A DNA stretch of 64,000 nucleotides from Candidatus Doudnabacteria bacterium (GTDB lineage: Bacteria > Patescibacteriota > Doudnabacteria > UBA920 > O2-02-FULL-48-8), in contig JANWIA010000022.1 of assembly GCA_025450105.1 (NCBI GenBank), positions 5,630-69,629 on the forward strand, in the 5' to 3' direction. The stretch's first letter is position 1. Each line of letters opens with the position of its first letter. The notes below the pieces were generated by a model, which had not been told where the DNA came from, searched no databases, and saw only the letters and a program-made list of their open reading frames with translations. The translations under genes were made by a program, and so were the position numbers. This document shows positions 1 through 8,673 of the stretch, in pieces.

Positions 1-521
1 TCATTGCGACAAAACTACCAGAAGAACCAAGCACTTTTAAGCAGGAACTGCAAAACTTGAACCGCGACCAAATTATGTTAGCCTTTTCCCTGGACGGTGA
101 CTTTGTTTTGCCAAAGAACGAAAAAATTCCTCTAGTCTTCATTGCCGGGGGTATAGGCATCACACCATTCCGAAGCATGATTAAATATTTAATCGACAAC
201 AACCAGAAACGGGACATTGTCCTCTTTTATTCCAACAAGGATTTTGATGAAGTTGGCTTTACCGAACTTCTGGATGAAGCTGAGGAAAAAATCGGTTTGA
301 AAACCGTTTACGTTCTAACGGGCAAAAAACCAGCGAATTGGACAGGCCGCACCGGATTCCTTAATTCCAAAATTATTTCCGAGGACGTGTCGAATTACGA
401 AAATCGCCTGTTCTATTTATCTGGGCCAGATCCAATGGTCCGGGCATACGAAAAAATGCTCAAAGATATGGGCATAAACCGAAATCAAATCATGACCGAT
501 TACTTCCCAGGCTATGAGTAA
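1..521 (+). CDS. Partial (3-prime end) oxidoreductase FAD/NAD(P)-binding domain protein (ferredoxin-NADP reductase-like); ORF is open to the window edge
   Basis: No stop upstream in frame from base 3; GGIGITPF nucleotide-binding motif; C-terminal NAD-binding fold pattern (VLFYSNKD, YLSGP). Confidence 0.6.
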   Translation, partial: IATKLPEEPSTFKQELQNLNRDQIMLAFSLDGDFVLPKNEKIPLVFIAGGIGITPFRSMIKYLIDNNQKRDIVLFYSNKDFDEVGFTELLDEAEEKIGLKTVYVLTGKKPANWTGRTGFLNSKIISEDVSNYENRLFYLSGPDPMVRAYEKMLKDMGINRNQIMTDYFPGYE

Positions 522-566
522 CAGTAATTAATAAACCATCCCTGCGAAAGCAGGGATTTCAATTCC

Positions 567-620
567 ATCCTGAATTTATTTCAGGATCTAAAATGAAAGA
601 TCCCGAAACAAGTTCGGGAT
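567..620. repeat. Palindromic hairpin repeat units (atcctgaa-tttat-ttcaggat; atcccgaa-acaag-ttcgggat) between convergent genes
   Basis: Perfect 8-bp inverted arms; members of the dispersed family. Confidence 0.7.
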
Positions 621-643
621 GGTATTAAATGTTGGTTATTTTT

Positions 644-2920
644 TTATAATGAGATTGGAAAGTTTCTATTCTTTTCAAGCAGTTCGGTTATTTTGTCAGC
701 CGGAACCGGCGGACTAAACAAAAACCCCTGCACAAAATCACATTTTTGCTGCTTTAAAAACTCCAATTGTTCCGGTTTGTCCACGCCCTCAGCCACTGCG
801 GTCATATTCAAACTATGCGCCAAATTAATGATCGAATTGGCAATCGCCGTATCTTTTTCCTTCATTGGAATGTTTTTGATTCCCCAACGGTCAATCTTTA
901 GGACATCAATCGGCAGGGTTTTGACATGGCGCAGCGGGGCCTGGCCGGCGTTAAAATCATCCATAGCAAACTTTATACCATCACGCTTCAGTTCACTTAA
1001 AATATTTGACACGGCCTGGGAATTTTCAATAACCGCTGATTCTGTTAATTCTAATTCCAATTTATCCGGCGGAAAACCGGTTTCTTCTAAAATCCTGTGG
1101 ATCATCCGTACCAAATGACGCTGCTTAAACTGCCGTGGCGAAACATTTACCGAAACTCGCAGATCAGGAAATCCATTGCGATGCCATTTTTTTACTTCTT
1201 CCATGGAAGTCCGCAAAACCCATTCCCCAATCGGTTCAATTAATCCCGTGGTTTCGGCTAAACCAATAAAATCTTCGGGAAAAGTTAGGCCCAAGTCCGG
1301 ATGGTTCCATCGGATCAAAGCTTCTACTTGAGTAATTCGACCAGTTGAAACTTCAATTAAAGGTTGGTAATAAACCACAAATTCGTCATGGAATAAGGCT
1401 TTGCGTAAAGTATTTTCCAAACTTAAGCGTTCAAAAGATTTGGCGTTCATGGCCGGCAAATAATACTGAAAATTATTGCGACCCTGTTCTTTGGCCCGGT
1501 ACAATGCCGCATCGGCATTGCGCATCAACATTGAAGCGTCATTGGCATCTTCGGGATACAAACTGATCCCGATACTTGGCGTCACATAAAGCTCATGAAA
1601 ATCCAACAGGAACGGATGTTTCAAGGAGTCCAAAATTCTTTGGGAAATTTTTCCTGGGACATCCTCTCGCTCTACTTCGGACAAAATAATCCCGAACTCG
1701 TCACCACCCAAGCGCGCCAAAATTTCCCCATCTTCCAAGACGGACCTCAACCGCAAACTTACTTCCTGGATTAATCGGTCGCCTAATGCGTGCCCAAGCG
1801 ACTCGTTGATAAATTTGAATCGATCTAAATCAATCAAAATAACCGAAAGCATTGATTGATTTTTTTTGGCAGTAGCAATCCCCTGGATCAATTTTTCATT
1901 AAAATATGCGCGGTTTGGCAAATCCGTTAATGGATCATGCAAGTATGTGTATTCCATTTTCGATTGCGCCAATCGGCGCTGTTCTTCGGCTATAGTCCGG
2001 TCGTGGACATCACGAAAATTCGTAACAATAGCCATGATCATATCGTCGTTCAGCAAATTTTTTACCACGCACTCCACCCAGCGATAACCGAGGTTTTTAT
2101 TTTTTACCCGAACGTCAAACATCTTAATTTTTTCCGGTCCATTGATGATTGATTCTATTGCAGCCTGGGCAATTCCAATGTCTTCCGGATGGATAAGTTT
2201 AAAACCGTTGGTGTTTAACAACTCATTCGGCTTGTAACCCAAAACCCTTTCCGTGGTCGAGGATAGATATTTAATCGTTCCATCAATATCCACCAAACCA
2301 ATAGCATCAGAACTGTTCTCAATTAACGTTTTAAACCAACGCTCGCCTTTTTCAACCTCCAATTCTTTTTCAAGGATAATCCTTTCGACATTTTTTATTG
2401 CTGTTAAATCCCGAACCAAAACCGATGCTCCGATAATAATCTCCGATTCATCCCGGATCGGCGAAATAGTCACGGAGACATTTAAAAGTCTTCCGTCCTT
2501 GCTAAATCGAAAGGTTTCAAATTTTTCAATTCGTCTTCCCTGAGAAACCTCATAGATCAATTCCTTCAATTGTTCCCGGTGTTCCTGTGGCACCAAAATA
2601 AAAACATGCTGGCCTATAATTTCTTGCTTACTGTAACCATAAAACTTTTCTGCAGCACGATTCCAGCTAGTGATATAGCCATCCAAGGTTTTGGTGTAAA
2701 TTGCATCTTCGGTCGCGTCTAAAATAGCCTCAAAGTGTTCGTTGAAGAATGAAGATCCAAGTGAAGAATTTTTTTCACCTTCTTTTAATAGGTCAAATTG
2801 CTTTCCCTCGTCCATAAGAAATTGTCTCCCGTCAAAAATGAATGCCGTGTGACTGATTGCTATGTCATAAATAATTCGCACCTCAACCATTATTGAATAC
2901 TTCCGGTCCACATTCCACAA
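644..2920 (-). CDS. PAS/PAC-GGDEF-EAL cyclic-di-GMP signalling protein
   Basis: Two PAS-like blocks, GGDEF motif (RLGGDEFGIIL), EAL motif (VEALIRWNHP), downstream ELTES and DDFNAGQAP EAL-domain blocks; 758 aa. Confidence 0.85.
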   Translation of the reverse strand: MWNVDRKYSIMVEVRIIYDIAISHTAFIFDGRQFLMDEGKQFDLLKEGEKNSSLGSSFFNEHFEAILDATEDAIYTKTLDGYITSWNRAAEKFYGYSKQEIIGQHVFILVPQEHREQLKELIYEVSQGRRIEKFETFRFSKDGRLLNVSVTISPIRDESEIIIGASVLVRDLTAIKNVERIILEKELEVEKGERWFKTLIENSSDAIGLVDIDGTIKYLSSTTERVLGYKPNELLNTNGFKLIHPEDIGIAQAAIESIINGPEKIKMFDVRVKNKNLGYRWVECVVKNLLNDDMIMAIVTNFRDVHDRTIAEEQRRLAQSKMEYTYLHDPLTDLPNRAYFNEKLIQGIATAKKNQSMLSVILIDLDRFKFINESLGHALGDRLIQEVSLRLRSVLEDGEILARLGGDEFGIILSEVEREDVPGKISQRILDSLKHPFLLDFHELYVTPSIGISLYPEDANDASMLMRNADAALYRAKEQGRNNFQYYLPAMNAKSFERLSLENTLRKALFHDEFVVYYQPLIEVSTGRITQVEALIRWNHPDLGLTFPEDFIGLAETTGLIEPIGEWVLRTSMEEVKKWHRNGFPDLRVSVNVSPRQFKQRHLVRMIHRILEETGFPPDKLELELTESAVIENSQAVSNILSELKRDGIKFAMDDFNAGQAPLRHVKTLPIDVLKIDRWGIKNIPMKEKDTAIANSIINLAHSLNMTAVAEGVDKPEQLEFLKQQKCDFVQGFLFSPPVPADKITELLEKNRNFPISL

Positions 2921-2975
2921 TTGTTTTATCTAAAAAGGCCTTGGTTGTTCCAAGGTTTATTGTGCGAACGTACAA

Positions 2976-4115
2976 TCAGGTTTTGCTTACTGCGCGGGCG
3001 ATGGTTTTTGCGACTCTCTTATCGAATATGCTTGGGATTATATTGTTTGGATCCGATTTTTTTATTAGCCCGGATAAAGCTTTGGCCGCCGCCATGTACA
3101 TTTTGTCGCTAATCTGGTACTTATTGGCGTCAAGTAATCCCCGGAAAAATCCCGGAAAAACCAAAACGTTGTTTATTTGATTAGCAAAATCGCTGCGGCC
3201 CGTAGCCACAATTTTGGCTCCGGCACGGCGTGCGACATCCGGTAAAATTTCCGGAATCGGGTTGGATAAAGCAAAAATAATCGGATCGACTGCCATTCTC
3301 TTAACCATTTTTTCATTAACAATATTTGGTTTGCTGACACCAATAAAAACGTCGGCGCCGGTCATTGCTGTAACCAAATCTCCTTGCAAATTTTTCCTAT
3401 TGCTTATTGCTGCCAAATTTTTCTTGGCTGGGGATAAATTCTTCCTATTTTTAGAAATTATTCCTTCTGTATCTAAAATTAACAAATTACGAGCACCAGC
3501 TGCCTTTAAAAGTTTGGCCACAGCTGTGCCAGCTGCACCAGCCCCATTAATAACAATCCGGGCCTTAGAAATATTTTTCTTAACAACCTTCAAAGAATTA
3601 TTAAGCGCCGCCAAAACTACAATAGCCGTTCCGTGCTGGTCATCGTGGAAAACAGGAATCTTTAATTTTTTTCTTAGTTCCGACTCAATGTAAAAACAAC
3701 GCGGCGCGGAAATATCTTCTAAATTAATTCCGCCAAAGGTTGGCGCAATTGCTTCCACGGCTTTGATTATTTCTTCCGGATCCTGCGTGTTCAAAACAAT
3801 CGGCACGGCATCAATATTGGCAAACTCTTTAAACAAAACTGCTTTACCTTCCATGACAGGCATAGCGGCGAGTGGGCCAATGTTGCCCAAGCCAAGAACG
3901 GCCGAACCATCCGAAACCACGGCAATCATATTCTGTTTTGCTGTTAAACTTTGAGCCAATTTAGGATTCTTGGCTATAGCTAAAGAAACAGCCCCAACAC
4001 CTGGCGTGTAAGCCAGACTGAGCTGTTTCTTGTTTTTAACCGGCATTTTGGTGACAACGGCAAATTTACCGCGGTTTTTTTTATGCAGGCTGATTGATTG
4101 GGAGGCAATAGACAT
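2976..4115 (-). CDS. NAD(P)-dependent malic enzyme, short form (YtsJ/MaeB-like); start chosen at [17 protein letters not shown]
   Basis: LHKKNRGK...LSLAYTPGV N-terminus and two Rossmann GxGxxG blocks typical of small malic enzymes; ATG overlaps mscL stop (TAATG). Confidence 0.85.
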   Translation of the reverse strand: MSIASQSISLHKKNRGKFAVVTKMPVKNKKQLSLAYTPGVGAVSLAIAKNPKLAQSLTAKQNMIAVVSDGSAVLGLGNIGPLAAMPVMEGKAVLFKEFANIDAVPIVLNTQDPEEIIKAVEAIAPTFGGINLEDISAPRCFYIESELRKKLKIPVFHDDQHGTAIVVLAALNNSLKVVKKNISKARIVINGAGAAGTAVAKLLKAAGARNLLILDTEGIISKNRKNLSPAKKNLAAISNRKNLQGDLVTAMTGADVFIGVSKPNIVNEKMVKRMAVDPIIFALSNPIPEILPDVARRAGAKIVATGRSDFANQINNVLVFPGFFRGLLDANKYQISDKMYMAAAKALSGLIKKSDPNNIIPSIFDKRVAKTIARAVSKT

Positions 4116-4540
4116 TAGGAGAGTTGCGAGGTGCAGGCTGGGCAACGAACTGCAGCCAACGCAATTTCAGTTTTACAAAATGGACAGACTTGCTTATCAG
4201 GCGGAGGTGGTTGATGCTTGAGTTTGTTAATTTGGCGGACCATCAAGAAAACAACAAATGCGACAATTAAAAAGTTTAAAATTTCGTTTATAAATAATCC
4301 GTAATTCAGAGTTGGGGCACCGGCGGCTCGGGCTTCAGCTAAAGTATTAAAGTGTCCCCCGGCCAAACTGACAAATAAATTTGAAAAATCGACACTACCG
4401 GCCAGTAAGCCAATTGGCGGCAAAATAATGTCATTAACCAAGGACGTGACAATTTTCCCGAATGCAGCGCCAATAATCACGCCAACTGCAAGGTCAAAAG
4501 CATTTCCTTTTATTGCGAATTCTTTAAAATCTTTTAGCAT
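4115..4540 (-). CDS. mscL: Large-conductance mechanosensitive channel MscL with C-terminal Pro-rich linker and CxxC..CxxC zinc-ribbon tail
   Basis: [44 protein letters not shown] is near-canonical MscL; tail [33 protein letters not shown]. Confidence 0.85.
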   Translation of the reverse strand: MLKDFKEFAIKGNAFDLAVGVIIGAAFGKIVTSLVNDIILPPIGLLAGSVDFSNLFVSLAGGHFNTLAEARAAGAPTLNYGLFINEILNFLIVAFVVFLMVRQINKLKHQPPPPDKQVCPFCKTEIALAAVRCPACTSQLS

Positions 4541-4633
4541 AATAACATCATAACCTACCCAAATTGCTTTGGCAATTTGCTTTATTATTTTACAAGCATA
4601 CAATTACTACAACACCTTCCACGGAGGAAAGCG

Positions 4634-5125
4634 ATGGAAGAATACGATTCTCTTCTTGCCGTGACACAACGAAGCGCAGTCCAGTTCTTTTACGACCACC
4701 TACTGGACCTAGCTCCTGACGCATCGAAAAATGAAAAACTTTACAACGCATCGGTTCTGGCACACAGTGCAAGCACTTCTGTGTGTTCCACTGAGCACTT
4801 CCCAAGCACCATCCCCAACCTCAAAGTTTTTTTTGATCGATTTGTCTTGGACAGAAGCGAGCACCACGATCCCGAACTTTTCGAAGCTGCTGGGGCGCAG
4901 TGCTTAGTCCTGACTGGGTTCTTTGCCCGACAGATGCGGCACAACCACAACCTTGAGTGGTACGCGTCATTAGGCAAAGGATTCTTCAAGAGGTCAGCTG
5001 ATTACGGCACTGACCCGGCAAGAGTCCGGATGATGACGGTGATGGCAAGCGAGTTCGGTTACTGGCAACAAAAGTACCGCATACTCAGTCGTAAGATTCG
5101 CGAGTCGCCCTATCTGTTGCACTAA
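4634..5125 (+). CDS. Hypothetical protein (high-GC island gene; start at MEEYDSLL with GGAGGA SD at 4623-4628)
   Basis: Long ORF, strong SD, local GC clearly above flanks; no recognisable motif. Confidence 0.4.
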   Translation: MEEYDSLLAVTQRSAVQFFYDHLLDLAPDASKNEKLYNASVLAHSASTSVCSTEHFPSTIPNLKVFFDRFVLDRSEHHDPELFEAAGAQCLVLTGFFARQMRHNHNLEWYASLGKGFFKRSADYGTDPARVRMMTVMASEFGYWQQKYRILSRKIRESPYLLH

Positions 5126-5175
5126 AAGAAAAAGGACTTGGAAACCACAGTGGTTTTCCAAGTCCTTTTGCGTTT

Positions 5176-5481
5176 TCACGCCGACTTACGTCTCGATTGG
5201 ATTTTCTCCTGAACCTTCGCAACTTCCTCAAACGTGATTGTCCTGCTGAAGCTGTAAAAATTAGAGCCTTGCTTCTTCGTCAGCACCAAGAAGGTGTAGC
5301 TAGCGCGGGCAACCACCCGTTCACACTTTCCTTGATCACTGACCTCAATAATCCTGTACTCGATGCCGTCAGTGACCAATTCTGTAAACTCCAGAAACAA
5401 AGTCGAGACTTCGGCGCCGTCGTCCTTCGACAACATTTCCAGAATCGCTTCCGTCTCCGAGACGGTAATCTTTAATTTCAC
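5176..5481 (-). CDS. Hypothetical protein (high-GC island gene, GTG start preceded by AAGGAGG)
   Basis: ORF plus SD; no recognisable motif. Confidence 0.4.
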   Translation of the reverse strand: MKLKITVSETEAILEMLSKDDGAEVSTLFLEFTELVTDGIEYRIIEVSDQGKCERVVARASYTFLVLTKKQGSNFYSFSRTITFEEVAKVQEKIQSRRKSA

Positions 5482-5578
5482 GCATCCTCCTTAACAGGAT
5501 CTAAGTATACCTATTTAGTCATAAAAACAGAAGACCCCGATCGCATTGTGCGTTCGGGGTCCTTCAGTTGTTGAACTA

Positions 5579-5719
5579 TCAGACCTTGCGGTTTGCCGCC
5601 TGTCTGGATTTGTCCTCCTGTTTCTGTTTAGGCCGTCGTACGATACCCGAGCGGTGGTCCTTCCGCTTCGGATGTTCCGAAACCTTCAAGCGCAGGTCGG
5701 TTTCGTGATTGCTGCACAT
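5579..5719 (-). CDS. Small basic peptide, about 46 aa (MCSNHETDLRLKVSEHPKRKDHRSGIVRRPKQKQEDKSRQAANRKV); absent from the ORF track
   Basis: ATG with GGAGA SD 6 nt upstream; stop followed by hairpin (gaccccga...tcggggtc) plus T-run on the minus strand at 5521-5561. Confidence 0.3.
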   Translation of the reverse strand: MCSNHETDLRLKVSEHPKRKDHRSGIVRRPKQKQEDKSRQAANRKV

Positions 5720-5729
5720 CGGATGTCTC

Positions 5730-6026
5730 CTAACTGGCCGCGGCTATGTGTTCGGGTACGTGCGCCAATTCTTCCGGGACTTCATAAATTTTCACGTACG
5801 CGATTTTCAGGGTCTGGTTTTTCCCAATACTGATTTCCATCGAGACCCAAGGGTACTGAGGCCCGTAAGCATTCTTCAGTTCCTCAATGTCCTCGGTGAC
5901 CATACAGCCTTTGAGGACTGTTGAAAGTTCGTGAGCCTTGAGATCGCAGCTAGTGAGGTTGAAAAAAGGAACCACACCCAACTGCAGCAGGAACCTACCA
6001 GCTTCAACTGCGGGTGTGACGTCCAC
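5730..6026 (-). CDS. Hypothetical protein (high-GC island gene, GTG start with AGGAGG SD)
   Basis: ORF plus SD. Confidence 0.4.
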   Translation of the reverse strand: MDVTPAVEAGRFLLQLGVVPFFNLTSCDLKAHELSTVLKGCMVTEDIEELKNAYGPQYPWVSMEISIGKNQTLKIAYVKIYEVPEELAHVPEHIAAAS

Positions 6027-6200
6027 TCATCCTCCTGACTTGGTACAAATTTCGAGAGACAAAGCTTGTCTATCGAAGTTTAGATCAAGTATCCACAACC
6101 GAGGAATTTTAGCAGCTAATTAATTGGTCGTCAACGCTTCTGCCTGTGTATGAAGTAGGGTCCGCGTTTCGCCAATTTGGCTAAACGCGGACTTGTCTGG

Positions 6201-6551
6201 CTACACACCAGACTTGCGCACCAGTGAACCGGCGTATCCTTCGTTGGTAGATCTGGGCGGAATCTCGGTGTTCAGGGATTCCAGCCAAACCTTCCTTCTT
6301 CGGAACCAACCTTCATGTCCGGCGATCACGGTCATGTGCCGCTGGATGGCAGCTTTGACCGCATCGGTTTGTGGGTGGAGCCTTGCCTTTTTGATCTTCT
6401 TGGCAAGACGTTGGCCTTCGGCCGTACGCGGTTCATCCAACGCTGACAGCCTCGGATGTACTGTGTCCTGTGAATCGGAATCGCTTGTTTCGGCTGATGA
6501 ATCGTTAGCCTCCACATCAGCGGGAAGATCAAACGGGTCGACACTATTCAT
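6201..6551 (-). CDS. Hypothetical protein with acidic N-terminus and basic C-terminus (high-GC island gene)
   Basis: ATG at 6551 preceded by AAGGAGG; ORF of 116 aa. Confidence 0.45.
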   Translation of the reverse strand: MNSVDPFDLPADVEANDSSAETSDSDSQDTVHPRLSALDEPRTAEGQRLAKKIKKARLHPQTDAVKAAIQRHMTVIAGHEGWFRRRKVWLESLNTEIPPRSTNEGYAGSLVRKSGV

Positions 6552-6584
6552 CCTATCCTCCTTGTGAACTGCTTGGTCCGGGAC

Positions 6585-6610
6585 AAAAAAAGACCGACTT
6601 AGTGTCGGCT
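6585..6610 (-). terminator. Rho-independent terminator downstream of parB
   Basis: Stem gaccgac/gtcggct with a 7-nt T-run on the minus strand. Confidence 0.5.
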
Positions 6611-6737
6611 TTCAGTTGCAAAAATCTACAATGAAAATCAGCCGACTGGAGTCGTGTGAATAAAAAACCACTTGCAAATGAGATGTCGTACTGAATTCAT
6701 AAATAATAGCTTATGCTAAGAAAAAACCTCTGTCAAA

Positions 6738-7691
6738 TTAATCGATCTGCGAAACCTTGTCCATAAAACTGTTCAGCTCTTCGTCGGAATAAAATTCAAT
6801 CATAATCTTGCCGCTGTGCCCGGATTTTTGGATGCGAACCTTAGTCCCCAATTTTCCGCGCAATTGGTTTTCCAATGCCTGAATTTGTGGATCAGAACTT
6901 GGCGCATTGCGCGGGGCCTTGGTCACGCGCGGTCGATCCATAATTTCGCGGACGCGGTCTTCCACTTGCCGCACAGTCATGTTCTGATTAATCACTTCCT
7001 CCAACATTGCCAATTGTTTTTCCATTCCCGGCAAAGAAACTAAGGGCCTTGCATGGCCTTCGGAAATTGTCCCTTCGGCCACGGCGCGCTGAATTTTAAG
7101 AGGTAGTGTCAGCAAGCGCAACATGTTCGTAACCGTAGTGCGGGCCTTGCCGACTTTTCGGGATACTTCTTCTTGCGTCAACTTATACTGGTCAATCAAT
7201 TGCTGATAGGCTTGGGCTTCTTCGATTGGATCCAAGTTGTGGCGCTGAATATTTTCAATCAACGCCAATTCCAATTTCTGCTGCTCTTCCATCGCGTCAC
7301 GGATAATAACCGGGACCATGGTCAGGCCCGCTAATTGCGAGGCGCGCATGCGGCGTTCCCCGACAATCAACTGGTAAGTCCCATCCGGTTGCGGCACGAC
7401 CACCAGCGGCTGCAAAATACCGTGCTCCTTAATCGAACTCGCCAATTCCTTTAAATATTCTTCCTTAAAAATCTTTCTTGGCTGCCAAGGATTTGGTTTA
7501 ATCTTTTCAATAGGAATTTGGGTGAACGTGCTGCCCTGTGGCGGTTGGTGGGAGTGGTGTGGAGTGGGCATAGAAACTTTTGGCGCTGGTGGAATTTTTG
7601 GTTGCGAAAAATCACTGCCAATCTCTTCGCCATTCATTGTTAAGCCCATTCCGGAAAAATTGTTTAAATTGTGGTTTGTTTCATCTGCCAT
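6738..7691 (-). CDS. parB: ParB/Spo0J family partition protein with low-complexity N-terminal extension
   Basis: LIVGERRMRAS box, HTH region (LTQEEVSRKVGKARTTVTNMLRLL); no parA adjacent. Confidence 0.8.
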   Translation of the reverse strand: MADETNHNLNNFSGMGLTMNGEEIGSDFSQPKIPPAPKVSMPTPHHSHQPPQGSTFTQIPIEKIKPNPWQPRKIFKEEYLKELASSIKEHGILQPLVVVPQPDGTYQLIVGERRMRASQLAGLTMVPVIIRDAMEEQQKLELALIENIQRHNLDPIEEAQAYQQLIDQYKLTQEEVSRKVGKARTTVTNMLRLLTLPLKIQRAVAEGTISEGHARPLVSLPGMEKQLAMLEEVINQNMTVRQVEDRVREIMDRPRVTKAPRNAPSSDPQIQALENQLRGKLGTKVRIQKSGHSGKIMIEFYSDEELNSFMDKVSQID

Positions 7692-7765
7692 AAAAATCTA
7701 AAGAAATACTACCAGAAATTTAGTCTTTGGACAAACAAAAAAGACCTTGACGGTCAGTTTTTTAT

Positions 7766-7851
7766 TGGTGCCGAAGGAGGGAGTCGAACCCTCATGAGGA
7801 AACCCCGCACGATTTTGAGTCGTGTGCGTCTGCCAGTTCCGCCACTTCGGC
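7766..7851 (-). tRNA. tRNA-Leu (anticodon CAA), class II with long variable arm, CCA encoded
   Basis: Cloverleaf folded by hand: 7-bp acceptor stem GCCGAAG/CTTCGGC, anticodon loop CTCAAAA, T-loop TTCGACT, 14-nt variable arm. Confidence 0.9.
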
Positions 7852-7899
7852 ATATGTTTGCAACTCATTTTACCTCAAAACCGTGATTTTGAAAAGCCC

Positions 7900-8670
7900 C
7901 TAAACAATCAAGAACCAGAAAGCTATCGCAACAATAATTCTATACCATCCAAATGCTGTGAATTTATGGGTATTGATGAACCGTAATAAAAACTTGATCC
8001 CCAAAATTGCCGTAATAAATGAAACAAATAATCCTGTCAGCAAAATCGAGACTGAACCGCTCAAAATGTCCTGATAACTTTTGATTAGGTCGAGTCCGGT
8101 TGCCGCGGCCATTGTTGGCACGGCCAGCAAAAAAGAAAACTCAACGATGGTTCGGCGATTAATTCCTAACATTAATCCGCCGATAATTGTTGCGGCCGCG
8201 CGGGAAACTCCGGGAATAATTGCGATAGCCTGAAACAATCCAATAATAAACGCCTGCTTGCCTGTAATCTGATCCATTGAATTGCCACCGGACAATGGTT
8301 CCTTGTAGGATCGTTCAAAGAGAATCAAAAAAATACCTCCGATCAGGAGAGACACGACCACGGTCATTTCCGAGCCCAATAATACTTCCTTGATAGTCGA
8401 ATAAAAAATTAAACCAATTGCCGCAGTTGGCAAAAATGCGACTAAAAGTTTTTTTATTAGCTGCCAGTTAAGGATCAAACTTCGGCCATACAAAAACAGT
8501 ACTGCCAAAATTGCACCGAACTGAATTGCAATCTCAAAAGTTTTTACGAAATTATTTTGGTTCAAGCCCAAAGCGTTCGTGGCCAAAATTAAGTGCCCGG
8601 TTGATGATACGGGCAAAAATTCGGTTATACCTTCTATAATTCCTAAAATAATCGCTTGAAGAAAGCTCAT
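7900..8670 (-). CDS. uppP: Undecaprenyl-diphosphatase (BacA/UppP)
   Basis: N-terminus ILGIIEGITEFLPVSSTGHLIL is the UppP signature; 8 TM helices. Confidence 0.9.
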   Translation of the reverse strand: MSFLQAIILGIIEGITEFLPVSSTGHLILATNALGLNQNNFVKTFEIAIQFGAILAVLFLYGRSLILNWQLIKKLLVAFLPTAAIGLIFYSTIKEVLLGSEMTVVVSLLIGGIFLILFERSYKEPLSGGNSMDQITGKQAFIIGLFQAIAIIPGVSRAAATIIGGLMLGINRRTIVEFSFLLAVPTMAAATGLDLIKSYQDILSGSVSILLTGLFVSFITAILGIKFLLRFINTHKFTAFGWYRIIVAIAFWFLIV

Positions 8671-8673
8671 GGT

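Noticed and set aside
693-2543. Several 70-140-aa plus-strand ORFs nested in the GGDEF-EAL gene
   Set aside because: Entirely contained antisense to a well-supported 758-aa CDS; no SD and no motif
5546-5833. Plus-strand 95-aa ORF in the high-GC island
   Set aside because: Overlaps a minus-strand small ORF that has an SD and terminator; the plus ORF has no SD and spans the terminator hairpin
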